Source: Patescibacteria group bacterium
Lineage (GTDB): Bacteria; Patescibacteriota; UBA1384; JBBRAU01
Assembly (NCBI GenBank): GCA_038206475.1
Contig: JBBRAU010000005.1
Coordinates: 1-62,527 of the forward strand
Direction: 5' to 3'
DNA: 62,527 nucleotides
This document shows positions 1 to 10,583 of the stretch, one piece after another. A program made the translations under genes and the position numbers. Each line of letters begins with the position of its first letter. The stretch's first letter is position 1. Under the pieces are notes generated by a model, which was given only the letters and a program-made list of their open reading frames with translations, did no database searches and was not told the DNA's origin.

Positions 1-2275
1 GGTGAGGATGGCGAGAATTTAGCACTTGAGGCAAAAGGCATGTTCCGTCTGGCTAAAGAGTACTATGATTTTCCGGGCGTGATTGAGCCTGGCGACAGAT
101 TTCATGTTGAGCCCGGGTATGGTTTGTTGACAAAAAAACGCGACGGTCAGACAACGGCTTTCTCAGAAGTGCAGGTGGTGCGTATTCTGCAGGATGAGTC
201 TGCCGCGGGAGGGCCACTCAACCCATCGACCGTTAGGGTCGTTATGCGACCAGTGTTGGGCAAGGGAAAAAATGCGGGCTTTGGTAGTGGTGAAATTGCC
301 TACTCGCTTGGGACACTGATGCAGGGCAATATAGCTCACTACCTGGGAAATGAATCAAGGGACCGTGGAGCAGCGTCATCGTCCGGCATATCAGAATCAA
401 ATGAATCGAGTGGTGCTGAACAGAATTCATCTGCAGAGAATCTGATTCATCCCGACAAGGCTGCAGCAGTGAATGGGGACTCGTCAGCAGAACAAATAAG
501 CGACCAGGCTACTCCTACTCAACCGACCGAAGCCGAAGAGGCTAATTCAGTAACTGCGACGGCTCCTACTGGACCGGAACAGCCAGCGGAGGTCGAGCCT
601 GGCCGCTACGCAGTAGGTCAAATTTATATGCTTCAGAATCGTCAACGTTTGGAAATAGAGGATAGCTACGTTAACGCTCGCGGTGAGACGATCTACGCTA
701 TTCGAAATTTGAGTCAACCCAACCAACCGCCATCAGTTTTGGTGCGCAATCAAGAAATGACTAATATGATGGTTGGTGCTCAGCTTGTTGAGCCGAGGGT
801 GTTTAAGCCAAGTAAATCTCGTGAAATCACCACTGAACAAATGGCTCACCGTGTTCATCAATCAGAATTAGCTGAGATTCGACGGGTAATGGAAGCGCGT
901 AATGGTGGTCAAACAGTCACTGATGAAGTAGTTCGGGTTGAGCGAGAGCGCCAGCTGCGACAACTCGCGGCGCGACAACCCGTCAGCCGAGAAGCACCCG
1001 CTGTTGTAGAGCGGTCAGAGGATAGACGGGCCGCCGAGCCCCACGTGGGCGATGTGGTGGCGGTGAGTTTGCGTGGAGAGCAAGCCGATCAGCAGTATTT
1101 GGTAACGGCACTATACGGCGACTGGGAGCATCCTCAGGCTGGTGAGCAAATTGTGCTGACTCCACTAGAGCAAGCGGCCGAGACGCCATACGGTGATGCG
1201 AAGATTATAGCCCTCGAAACGTATCGCGACGCCGATCCTCGCTTCCTGGGCAATGAAGAAGCACTGGTGGCAGAAAATCAGGAGCTAGCACAGCGTAAGC
1301 TGTTGGACAGCGTATTTCTCTATCGCATTAATACGCTGGAACAGACTGAAATTCGCAATTGGCCGTTTCCTCGGGAGGGTGACTTTTGGCAAGTTCAGGG
1401 GGAGCGTGCCCAAATCCTCGGCTTCGATGTGGTCAATCAAGGCGTTCGCTTAAGTGCCGATCGAACTGGTGAGTACACTTATCCGCTCTACCTCTTTGGT
1501 TTGCAAGCTGAGTATTTGGGTGGACCAGATGCCTTACCCGCGACAACTGGAACTACTACTCCGACTAACCCGTTGGAGCCGGAGGCGATAGAGCAGCCCA
1601 CTCCGCCAGCAGGGGAGCCGCCAGAGGCTGAAGCCGAGTCGACGGCCGAAAACCCACCCAGCGAAACAGAGGCTCCGGTTCCTCCTGAAATATGACCCCC
1701 TGTTGAGGAGAAATTGCGGGATGCCATCAATCGCAACATAGACGGCTTTAAGCCCTTTATCGTTGGTAAATATGTGGGGAAAGATGTTCTAGCTAAAGAC
1801 GGGTCTTTAGTTGCGGCGAGAGGTCAGATGATCACTGAGGACACTGCCAACCAGGCATTCGAGCAGAATAGACTGTATGATCTTTGGGTCGCCGCTTCGA
1901 CCCACCCTCCGGAGACTGAAACAGAGCCGTCTGCTGTTGGTACTGCGCTTGAGCCTTCCGAGCCGACGGTTGCCGCTCCAGAATCAGCGCAAACAGAGAC
2001 TCCTGAAAAATCGGCGGAGCAGACGGTTGGTGATGCGGAGACGCGACGTGCTGAGCTGTTTAGACGATTGTTTAACGAAAGAGAGCGACATGACCCAGAC
2101 GCAGCGCAATATCCGGTGCCGAAACAAGGTGACATCTGGGATCTGGCTGGTCAGCCCTGGCGGGTAGATGGGTTTACGAATAATGATGAGATTGCCCTTA
2201 CAAACGAAAACAGTGGGATAAAAATACTCTTTACATATTGAACCATTTGCCAGCATGGCTAAACCAGCTTTCTAA
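1..2275 (+). pseudogene. Large acidic Pro/Glu-rich multidomain protein, 5'-truncated by the window edge; interrupted by an in-frame TGA at 1693-1695 and a probable +1 A at ~2220
   Basis: Frame is open from base 1. ORFs 40..1695 and 1714..2241 share a frame. Internal repeat WPFPREGDFW / YPVPKQGDIW. Removing one A from ATAAAAATAC gives GIKYSLHIEPFASMAKPAF* ending at 2275. Confidence 0.55.
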
Positions 2276-2298
2276 CCGTTTGCAACAGAGGAGAGGGA

Positions 2299-2796
2299 AT
2301 GGATAACACACTGATGCCGGACAGTGAGGCGCCGCTACCTTCACCGCCCGAGCAACTACCGCCGCCGGTTGATTTGGCACAGTTAGAGCCGGCAAGACCG
2401 AAGGTAGCCAGTCCGTCGCTTGAGGGTGCGCCGACAGGTGAAGTGATGCCAGAGCCACGTGAAACTGTGCGGGCAGCGGTTGAGGTGCCGGAAGCCGAGC
2501 GAATGCCCACCGAGGTGCCTTTGGCCCACATTGATGTACCGCATGAGGACGTAGCGGGCGAGTTTGCCCTGAGCCAGCAAGTGGCAGGCCTTGACGATGT
2601 ACGGACGGCCGAAATGCAAACTATCGAGTCTGCAAAAGATACAGCGGCGCAGCATATGACCGTGATGAAAAAAATGCCGCTGAGAGAAATAGCTCGACAA
2701 GCCGGCCAAGTTGAACGCTGGGCGATTGCCACGCGGGCGATGCGGCAACAACTCAACCTCGACCGCACCGGCCAAGATCGGACCGAGGCAGCCTAG
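2299..2796 (+). CDS. Hypothetical Pro/Glu-rich protein
   Basis: 165 aa ORF with a GGAG-type SD; ends 3 nt before the ATPase gene. Confidence 0.65.
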   Translation: MDNTLMPDSEAPLPSPPEQLPPPVDLAQLEPARPKVASPSLEGAPTGEVMPEPRETVRAAVEVPEAERMPTEVPLAHIDVPHEDVAGEFALSQQVAGLDDVRTAEMQTIESAKDTAAQHMTVMKKMPLREIARQAGQVERWAIATRAMRQQLNLDRTGQDRTEAA

Positions 2797-2799
2797 ACC

Positions 2800-5259
2800 G
2801 TGGACTCCGCCGCCTACTTTATTTTGCCGCTGGTTATCGCTATGGCTGCCCTCGGGGCGGCCGCTATTTGGTGGGCTTGGGCTATGGGTCAAAAGCAGGA
2901 GGAGGAGTTTGAGCGCGGTATAGATGTTGTTGCTCTGCAGGTGTCAGTGCCGCGTGAGCAAAAAAAAGAGGACGAGCGCAAAGATTTTAAAGAGTTAATT
3001 GCGGTGGCCGAGCCGTTTTTGGCCGCCATCTCTTCGCTCTACCAGCGTGATTTCAAATACAGCTGGCTTGGCCAAGAGCATGTCACGTTTGAAATTGTCG
3101 CCCATTCGGGCGAGATTTGGTTCATCTGCCTGGTGCCACGCAGCCTTAAAAACCTGTTTGAGCGCCAAATTCACGCCCAATACCCAACCGCTCAAATTGA
3201 AGAGACAACCGACTACGGCGTTTTCCGGACAGACGAAGCGGCCGTTGCAATCGGCCGGTTAGCCCTAAAGCGCAAATTTGTTTTTCCCATTCGCACCTAC
3301 AAAGAGCTCGAATCAGATTCGCTGAACGCCATCACGAACACCCTCTCTAAACTGCCGGAGGGAGCAACCGCCGCAATTCAGTACGTGGTCGCACCCAAAA
3401 ACGATCGGTGGCGCATTCCGGTTGCCAAAGTGGCCAAATTAATTCAAAAGGGCAAAAATCCGCACGCTTCCAAATTCTCGCTGTTTTGGCAGAAGACGGC
3501 TGAGACGGTGGCCACCACAAAAAAGGAAGAGGAGCAAAACTCGTACCAGCGTTTAACGCCCATTCAAGAGACGCAAATGAAGCGGCTGGAAGAGAAAGGC
3601 GCCAAGCTTGGTTTTGATGTGGAGGTCAAACTGGTGGTCACGGCCGGAAGCCAGCCGGAGGCCGACACGCAACTGCAGAATATGTTTTCGGCCTTTGGCC
3701 AGTTTGATAACCCGGAGGAGAACGCATTCAGGTTGTCAGGCAGCGACCGCGACGAATTAATAGCCGCCTTTATTCTGAAAAAAGCGGCCAAAAAGTCGAT
3801 GATATTAAACACCGAGGAATTGGCCTCCATTTTTCACTTTCCTAACCGCAACGTTGACACGCCAAATATTCACTGGCTACGGGCGAGAAGCCTGCCGCCG
3901 CCGACCAACCTGCCAGCCGAAGGCACGATAGTTGGCCAATCTATCTACCGAGGTGAGAGCAAAGAGGTCAAAATTACCGCCTCCGACCGCCTACGTCACG
4001 TTTATATGATTGGCAAAACCGGCGTTGGCAAAACGGTGCTATTTGAAAACATGGTCATGCAGGATATCCGGTCCGGTCAGGGTGTCTGCTACCTAGATCC
4101 AAATGGTGACGCTATCGAGTACATTTTAAACCACCTACCGGCTGACCGGGCGAAGGATGTCATCTTGTTTGAGCCGGCGGATGTCGATCGTCCAATGGGC
4201 CTCAATTTGCTTGAGGCCTCAACGACAGAGGAAAAAGACTTCTTAGTGCAAGAGTCGATCCAAATCTTTTACAAACTGTTTGACCCGGGCAAAACCGGCA
4301 TCGTCGGCCCGCAGTTTGAGCACTGGATGCGCAACGCGGCGCTGACTGTGATGGCTAACCCGAAGGGTGGCACGTTAATTGACATCCCGCGTCTGTTTAC
4401 CGACAAGGCGTTTGAGGACGAGAACGTGAAGTATGTGACCGACCCGGTGGTCAAGTCGTTTTGGCAGCAGCAAATGGCTAAAACATCCGATTACCACAAG
4501 TCAGAGATGCTCAACTATTTCGTCTCAAAATTTGGCCGCTTCATGACCAACGATATGATGCGCAATATTATCGGCCAACCGAAGAGCGCCTTTGACTTTC
4601 GGGCGGTCATGGATGGCCAAAAGATTCTCCTCATTAATTTATCAAAGGGATTGGTCGGTGAAATTAATGCTAACCTGCTTGGCATGATTATTGTGACTAA
4701 GTTGCAAATGGCGGCCTTTTCACGTCAGGACACACCAGAGGAGCAGCGAACACCGTTTTATTTATACGTCGACGAGTTCCAAAACTTTACCACGGATGCC
4801 TTTGCCACCATTTTGTCTGAGGCGCGCAAATATAAATTAGCTTTGGCAGTGACCAACCAATATATTGCCCAACTGCCGGAGATGATTCGCGACGCTGTGA
4901 TGGGTAATGCCGGCACCTTAATTGCCGCGCGTATTGGCGCTGCCGACGCCGAGTTTATGGTCAAAGAGTTTGAACCGCTGACGGTTGATGACATGATCAA
5001 CATCGATAAGTATAATTTTTACCTGAAAACCCTGATTGACAATGCGCCGACGCGGCCGTTTAATGTCCGTAGTCTGCCGCCAGAGCCAGCCGAGCCAGGG
5101 GACTTGCCAGCTGCTATCCGGCAGTTGTCACGCTTAACCTACGGCCGTGATAAGAAAATCGTCGATTGGGAAGTTCGCGAACGCACCCGCATTTTAGATA
5201 TTTTACCGGAGCAGACGCCGGCGCCAGCTGCGGCCCCGGTTGTGCCTGCGCAAAGTTAA
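2800..5259 (+). CDS. Membrane-anchored VirD4/TraD/HerA-like ATPase (type IV secretion coupling protein, DUF87-type)
   Basis: N-terminal TM helix, Walker A GKTGVGKT, Walker B LYVDEFQNF, SEARKY motif. Confidence 0.85.
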   Translation: MDSAAYFILPLVIAMAALGAAAIWWAWAMGQKQEEEFERGIDVVALQVSVPREQKKEDERKDFKELIAVAEPFLAAISSLYQRDFKYSWLGQEHVTFEIVAHSGEIWFICLVPRSLKNLFERQIHAQYPTAQIEETTDYGVFRTDEAAVAIGRLALKRKFVFPIRTYKELESDSLNAITNTLSKLPEGATAAIQYVVAPKNDRWRIPVAKVAKLIQKGKNPHASKFSLFWQKTAETVATTKKEEEQNSYQRLTPIQETQMKRLEEKGAKLGFDVEVKLVVTAGSQPEADTQLQNMFSAFGQFDNPEENAFRLSGSDRDELIAAFILKKAAKKSMILNTEELASIFHFPNRNVDTPNIHWLRARSLPPPTNLPAEGTIVGQSIYRGESKEVKITASDRLRHVYMIGKTGVGKTVLFENMVMQDIRSGQGVCYLDPNGDAIEYILNHLPADRAKDVILFEPADVDRPMGLNLLEASTTEEKDFLVQESIQIFYKLFDPGKTGIVGPQFEHWMRNAALTVMANPKGGTLIDIPRLFTDKAFEDENVKYVTDPVVKSFWQQQMAKTSDYHKSEMLNYFVSKFGRFMTNDMMRNIIGQPKSAFDFRAVMDGQKILLINLSKGLVGEINANLLGMIIVTKLQMAAFSRQDTPEEQRTPFYLYVDEFQNFTTDAFATILSEARKYKLALAVTNQYIAQLPEMIRDAVMGNAGTLIAARIGAADAEFMVKEFEPLTVDDMINIDKYNFYLKTLIDNAPTRPFNVRSLPPEPAEPGDLPAAIRQLSRLTYGRDKKIVDWEVRERTRILDILPEQTPAPAAAPVVPAQS

Positions 5260-5263
5260 ATCT

Positions 5264-5370
5264 AAAAAATCGTCTGTCTTGTAAAGACAAGACAGACGGT
5301 GAGGTCGAGGGCCAGTTAGCGCTGGGTAGTCGCTGACTGGCGGGGTGATGTGCAATAAACGTCATCCCCG
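5264..5370. other. Three consecutive intergenic hairpins
   Basis: CGTCTGTCTT/AAGACAGACG, GCCAGTTAGCG/CGCTGACTGGC, GGGGTGATGT/ACGTCATCCCC. Confidence 0.6.
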
Positions 5371-5791
5371 TCTCCTCTGGACCAGATAGGGTACGACAGT
5401 GACTTCCTGTTTGTACCACATTCAACCGAGCGTTTGCAAGATTGATTTTTTTGTCTGGGCAGCCTAGCGTGAAGTCATCCCAGTTTGTTAGAACACACCG
5501 CGAAAAAGGAAAAAATGAGGGTTTGGCCGCTGTGCCAGGCCTTCATTTTCTTTCAGCCGGGGACTGACCACTAATATTGCGCTCTATACAATTTATGGTA
5601 GAGTGACATTATAAGAACAACAGAAAAGGCCACGCCTGCCAAGATTCCGAAATGGACATTTCATGTTCCTATGGGTGCCTGCCACCGGTTATCACCAGCG
5701 AAACCTGGTGCCTGGCAGGTAAATAAAGGACGGGTAAACAAGTTAGCCTTGAGGGCACCGCGACAAGGTGCCTCGGTCAGCGAGGAGCAGT

Positions 5792-6928
5792 ATGATTGAG
5801 CGAGCCAAAAAGCATCTAGCAACCGAGTCGAGCGACATAATGACGCTTGACCCGCTTAAGATTGTCCAGCAGGCCACTGAAAATTGGAAAGAACGCGAAA
5901 AAGACATTATTACCTCTCGAAACGGCCTGTTCACAGAGACCGGTCGCAAAATGACCCTCGACAGCCTCGGTAAACGCTATCGATTGTCACGTGAGCGTGT
6001 TCGTCAGATTGAGCGCGACGTTTACCGTCGACTGGATAAGGTGCTGAAAGAGCGCTTTACGACGGAGCGAGCCTTCCTCCTTAAAGCCATTGATGCCTTT
6101 GGCGGTATCGCCAGGCACAGCGCTTTAGCCGAAATGATCGTTGAAAAGCCCACCCGTGAGCAAGAGTCAGCACTGCGCGTGCTTTACAGTGCCATTCCGG
6201 AGGCCAAACGGCTGCCGACCACCAAGCAGAACTTCTTTGGCTGGACCACTAAGCAATTGTCATTGACCGACTTGCACAAGATGCTGGCTGGTTACCTGGC
6301 GGTTTTGGACAAGCACGGCAAAATTCTACCGATTGAGCAGGCCTTGGCCAAGCACCCGTCTGTTGACACTGAAGATGAACGCACGCTCGTGTTTTTGCCG
6401 TTAATCGGTTCTCGCCTGGTGGTTTTCCCGGCATCCGGTAACAAACCACACCGCTTGTTGGTTCGGCCGAAAAATATCGGTGACAAAATTGATTTTGTCC
6501 TGCGCGAAGCTGGGCGACCGCTGCATTTCCGCGACATCACCACGCGCATTAAAGAGGCTGCTTTTGACAGCAAACGTGTACTGCCGGAAACGGTGCACAA
6601 TGAGTTGATTGCCGATGGCCGCTTTGCCCTGGTTGGCCGCGGATTATACGGATTAAAAGAGTGGAAGATGCTCGAAGGCCCAGTCTATCGTGTCATTGAG
6701 CATGTCCTGCGCGAAGCCGGCACGCCACTCAAGGTTGAAGAGATTGTTGACCGCGTCTCCGCCCTGCGGAATGTGAAGAAGGGGACCATCGTCGTCAACT
6801 TGCAAACCAAACCCCAGTTCGCCAAGTTGTCTAAGGGTCTTTACAATATCCAAGAGGGTGTCGAGATGCCGCCGCGTAAAAAGCGCGGGCCTTCACATAA
6901 AAAGAAGCTTGAAGAGGGTGCAGTTTAA
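5792..6928 (+). CDS. Sigma70 region-4 HTH plus two HARE-HTH (RNAP delta-like) domains
   Basis: TLDSLGKRYRLSRERVRQIE is a sigma r4 motif; VLREAGRPLHFRDI...GRGLYGL and VLREAGTPLKVEEI...SKGLY are winged-HTH repeats; SD GAGGAG precedes ATG 5792. Confidence 0.8.
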   Translation: MIERAKKHLATESSDIMTLDPLKIVQQATENWKEREKDIITSRNGLFTETGRKMTLDSLGKRYRLSRERVRQIERDVYRRLDKVLKERFTTERAFLLKAIDAFGGIARHSALAEMIVEKPTREQESALRVLYSAIPEAKRLPTTKQNFFGWTTKQLSLTDLHKMLAGYLAVLDKHGKILPIEQALAKHPSVDTEDERTLVFLPLIGSRLVVFPASGNKPHRLLVRPKNIGDKIDFVLREAGRPLHFRDITTRIKEAAFDSKRVLPETVHNELIADGRFALVGRGLYGLKEWKMLEGPVYRVIEHVLREAGTPLKVEEIVDRVSALRNVKKGTIVVNLQTKPQFAKLSKGLYNIQEGVEMPPRKKRGPSHKKKLEEGAV

Positions 6929-6952
6929 ACAAGCGAGATCGCACACTGATAA

Positions 6953-6990
6953 AAACCAAAATCCGCCCTAGACTGGGCGGATTTTGGTTT
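6953..6990. terminator. Bidirectional intrinsic terminator
   Basis: AAACCAAAATCCGCCC-N6-GGGCGGATTTTGGTTT. Confidence 0.75.
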
Positions 6991-7112
6991 GGGACATTCC
7001 GGCTAATGGCACGGTAGCACAGCAACAAGAGGGAGGTGGGGCAGGGCCATGTGGTAGGTATGTCAACAATTTCGGCTCCGCGTCAAACCGGAAATCTGCT
7101 ATACTGAGGCCA

Positions 7113-10100
7113 ATGATTGCGCTCATTCTTGCTCTGTTTACCGCCGCGCTTGGTTTTGCTATGTACGGCTATTTTCAGTACCAGGCAAAGGCGCTTGAAG
7201 AGGAACAGAAGTTCGAGTGGTTGCGCCACCGCGAGCTGGTTGTGCTCACCATCCAAGTGCCGAAAAACAACGATAAATCGCCGCTCGCTGCTGAGCAGGT
7301 CTTCGCCTCGCTGCACGGCATCTTTCAAAAAGGCGCCTTACTGCAAGAGGAGTTGTCGTTCGAAATCGTCGCCATTCCCGGCGCTGTCCGCTTTTATGTT
7401 GTCGTGCCGAAGCAACTGCGCGACTTCGTCGAGGGCCAAATTTATGCCCAGTACCCAAACATAGAGGTGCGCCAGGTTGACGACTACATCGGCGCACTGG
7501 ACCGCAGTAGCTTATGTGTGATTGGGGCCGAACTTGGCTTGGACAAACCGGACGTCTACCCGATCAAACAGTACCAGAGCTTTGACGTTGACCCACTGGC
7601 CGGCATTACCTCGGTACTGGCTAACCTGAAGGAGCAGGAACAAACCTGGATTCAGATGATCATTCGGCCGGAGGATGAAGGCTGGCAGCAGCGCGGCATT
7701 GATCTGGTTGCCGCCATCAAAGCCGGTAAGCCGGCTAAACCGAACTCGCCGCATCCAGTCATAAGGCTGATCACTTTCGGCTTTCATTTCGTCGGTTCGT
7801 TGGTGCGGTTCTTAACCGGCCAAGCGACAAACGCTCCGGCTGCCGCTGACGACAAAGCGGCTAAAGAGCTGTCCTCACCGGTACAAGAGGCATTGCAAGG
7901 GGTCGAAGAAAAAATTACCAAGCTTGGCTACGCCACTAAACTGCGCCTGACGGCCATTGCCAGCAGTGAAGAGGCTGCCCGGGCTAATTTAACCGCTACC
8001 GCTTCAGCCTTCAAACAATTCAACACCAATAACTTAAATAATTTGGTGCTGGGCCCAGTCAAAGCCAACGACGAGGAGTATTTTGGCTACCTCTGGTCGC
8101 GCCTATTCCTCGATAGCGGCCACGTTTTTAATATCACCGAGCTGGCCTCGCTGTTTCACTTTCCGTCCATTTCAGCTGAGACGCCGAACATTGTCTGGGC
8201 CGGCGCCAAAAAATCGGAACCGCCGGCCAACCTGCCATTAGTCAATGAGTATGACCCGGCAGATATTACCATTTTGGGCGTCACCGATTTCCGCCAACGC
8301 ATCGAGAAATTTGGCATTAAAATCAAAGACCGGTTGCGCCACATGTATGTTATCGGTAAATCCGGTACCGGCAAATCAACACTGCTCGAAAACATGATTC
8401 TTGACGACATTCGTGAGAATCGCGGCGTCATTGTCGTTGACCCGCACGGGGAGTTAATCGACCATATCATTGACGAAATTCCCGACCACCGCATGCAGGA
8501 CACCATTTTGATGGATCCGGCCGACCGTAACTTCCCGATTGGTTTGAATCTGCTAGAGGCGGTCGACGATGACCTGAAGGGCATCGTCGCCTCCGGCTTT
8601 GTCGGCATCTTAGAGAAAATCTTCGGCAACTCCTGGGGGCCGCGCATGGAACATATTCTGCGTAACTGTGTGTTGGCACTCCTTGATACCCCAGGCCAAA
8701 CCATGCTTGGTATTCCAAAAATTTTGGTTGAGAAGAAGTACCGCATGGAAATCATAAAGAACGTCAAAGACCCGGTAGTGCGCGATTTCTGGGAGTCTGA
8801 GTTTGAAGCCTGGGACCCTAAGTTTCGCACTGAAGCCGTCGCGCCAATTCAGAATAAAGTCGGTCAGTTCTTGTCGACGCCGACCATCAGAAATATTGTC
8901 GGTCAGGCCAAATCAACTATTAATATCCGCGAGGTGATGGACGAGGAAAAAATTCTGCTCATTAACCTGTCCAAGGGCAAAATTGGTGAAGATAATTCAG
9001 CCCTCCTTGGTGCCATGATTATTACCAAAGTTCAATTGGCGGCGATGTCGCGGGCCAACCTGGAGGCCGCCGAGCGGAAAAATACCTTCCTATATGTTGA
9101 TGAGTTTCAAAACTTTGCCACCGAGTCGTTTGCCACCATTTTGTCGGAAGCGCGCAAGTACGCCCTCAGCTTAACGATGGCTAATCAGTACATTGCCCAA
9201 ATGGAAGAGGTCGTTCGCGAGGCAGTTTTTGGCAACGTGGGCTCGTTGGTGTCGTTCCGGGTTGGTGCGGGTGATGCGCCGTTTTTGGCGAAAGAGATGG
9301 CGCCCATTTTTGACGAGCAGGACATGGTTAACTTGGACATTCACCACATCTACACAAAGATGTCCGTTGACGGCAAGAGCGCCCAAGCTTTTTCGGCCAC
9401 CACGTTGCCGCCCATCTACAACCACACCGGCCACGCCGCCGAGATTCGCCGCCTCACTCAGACTAATTACGGTGTTGAGCGTGAAGCAGTTGAAGCTGAG
9501 ATTGCTAAATGGAACGAGGATACACGACCGAAGCTGGTTATTCACCCGGGCCAGGAGCGATTTTTAAATCAACAAAATCGCCCAGCCGGGCAGGGGAGTG
9601 CGCCACAAACGGGAAATGTCGGCAGCGGCCATTTCGCTCAGCAAGTCACTGCCGCACCCGCAGCGCAACCCGCCATACTGACTGTGAAGCCAATGGCAGC
9701 GAATGCTATTAGCGATGCCAAAATGACGGTTGTTACACCCATGGCCGCCAAACCGATTGAACAACTTTCTCCTATTACGCCGGCGCAGCCTATGCCAGTC
9801 GTCTCAGAGCCGGTCGCGCCGGTGGCTGAGCAGCTGCTACCTCCCCCAGAAGCCGAAATTCAACCGACACTGCCTGCACCAGTCGCTGCTCTACCAGTAC
9901 CTGAGTTGCCCTCAGCAGGAGAAGCCGCCGAGTTAGCGTTGCCGGTCCCTGATCAGGCAGTAGGGGAGCCTCATTATTCTGTCGAATCAGAACAGCCAGC
10001 CGGCCGCCCCTGGCCAAAAAATGTTATTAATGGCCTGCACTACCGCGAAGTGGCCAAACGCGGCGGAGAAAAATGGTACTTTGGCGTACCGTACTATCTG

Positions 10101-10535
10101 CCGGACGGTCGTCAAGCTGGTGATTTCAGTGTTCCGGACAAAGCTTCGGTCCAACCACCGCCGCCAATCGCTCAACACCAGCCGACTGGCAGGACAGGGG
10201 AGTCGTCTCGCTCGGATGGGCGGCCAGCCCCGGCCCGCGCTACGGCGCAAACGTCTCTGCCCGCGCGCTTTGCCCAGCCTACCGCCCGCCCCAGTGAACG
10301 TCCGGCATCACCGACAGGCTCTCGTCGCAGTGTGACCTCAGCCGAGAAAAACGATGCCCTGCGCCAAGCTATCTTAAAAATTCGTCAACAACAAGCTGTC
10401 CAACCGGCCGCGTCAGACGCGCCAACTGTACCAACGCCGGTGCCGTATACCCCAGCTCCCAGTCCGGCATCGAGTGGTATTGGCCACAGCACCGATTTTG
10501 CCGCCATTCCTGAAAATCAGCCAATCGAACTGTAG
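7113..10535 (+). CDS. Second VirD4/TraD/HerA-like ATPase, with a ~330 aa Pro/Ala/Gln-rich C-terminal tail
   Basis: TM helix, Walker A GKSGTGKS, LYVDEFQNF, SEARKY; paralogous to 2800..5259. Start moved to ATG 7113, after the terminator and a TG-C-TATACT -10 box. Confidence 0.85.
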   Translation: MIALILALFTAALGFAMYGYFQYQAKALEEEQKFEWLRHRELVVLTIQVPKNNDKSPLAAEQVFASLHGIFQKGALLQEELSFEIVAIPGAVRFYVVVPKQLRDFVEGQIYAQYPNIEVRQVDDYIGALDRSSLCVIGAELGLDKPDVYPIKQYQSFDVDPLAGITSVLANLKEQEQTWIQMIIRPEDEGWQQRGIDLVAAIKAGKPAKPNSPHPVIRLITFGFHFVGSLVRFLTGQATNAPAAADDKAAKELSSPVQEALQGVEEKITKLGYATKLRLTAIASSEEAARANLTATASAFKQFNTNNLNNLVLGPVKANDEEYFGYLWSRLFLDSGHVFNITELASLFHFPSISAETPNIVWAGAKKSEPPANLPLVNEYDPADITILGVTDFRQRIEKFGIKIKDRLRHMYVIGKSGTGKSTLLENMILDDIRENRGVIVVDPHGELIDHIIDEIPDHRMQDTILMDPADRNFPIGLNLLEAVDDDLKGIVASGFVGILEKIFGNSWGPRMEHILRNCVLALLDTPGQTMLGIPKILVEKKYRMEIIKNVKDPVVRDFWESEFEAWDPKFRTEAVAPIQNKVGQFLSTPTIRNIVGQAKSTINIREVMDEEKILLINLSKGKIGEDNSALLGAMIITKVQLAAMSRANLEAAERKNTFLYVDEFQNFATESFATILSEARKYALSLTMANQYIAQMEEVVREAVFGNVGSLVSFRVGAGDAPFLAKEMAPIFDEQDMVNLDIHHIYTKMSVDGKSAQAFSATTLPPIYNHTGHAAEIRRLTQTNYGVEREAVEAEIAKWNEDTRPKLVIHPGQERFLNQQNRPAGQGSAPQTGNVGSGHFAQQVTAAPAAQPAILTVKPMAANAISDAKMTVVTPMAAKPIEQLSPITPAQPMPVVSEPVAPVAEQLLPPPEAEIQPTLPAPVAALPVPELPSAGEAAELALPVPDQAVGEPHYSVESEQPAGRPWPKNVINGLHYREVAKRGGEKWYFGVPYYLPDGRQAGDFSVPDKASVQPPPPIAQHQPTGRTGESSRSDGRPAPARATAQTSLPARFAQPTARPSERPASPTGSRRSVTSAEKNDALRQAILKIRQQQAVQPAASDAPTVPTPVPYTPAPSPASSGIGHSTDFAAIPENQPIEL

Positions 10536-10583
10536 GCTTGACATAGAGTCACCGGTCGACCTTAAGAGTACCTATAAGCAGGA

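Noticed and set aside
1693-1695. TGA recoded as Gly (code 25) or Trp
   Set aside because: Long conserved genes contain no in-frame TGA, and TGA ends lexA, sbcD and secD at the expected positions.
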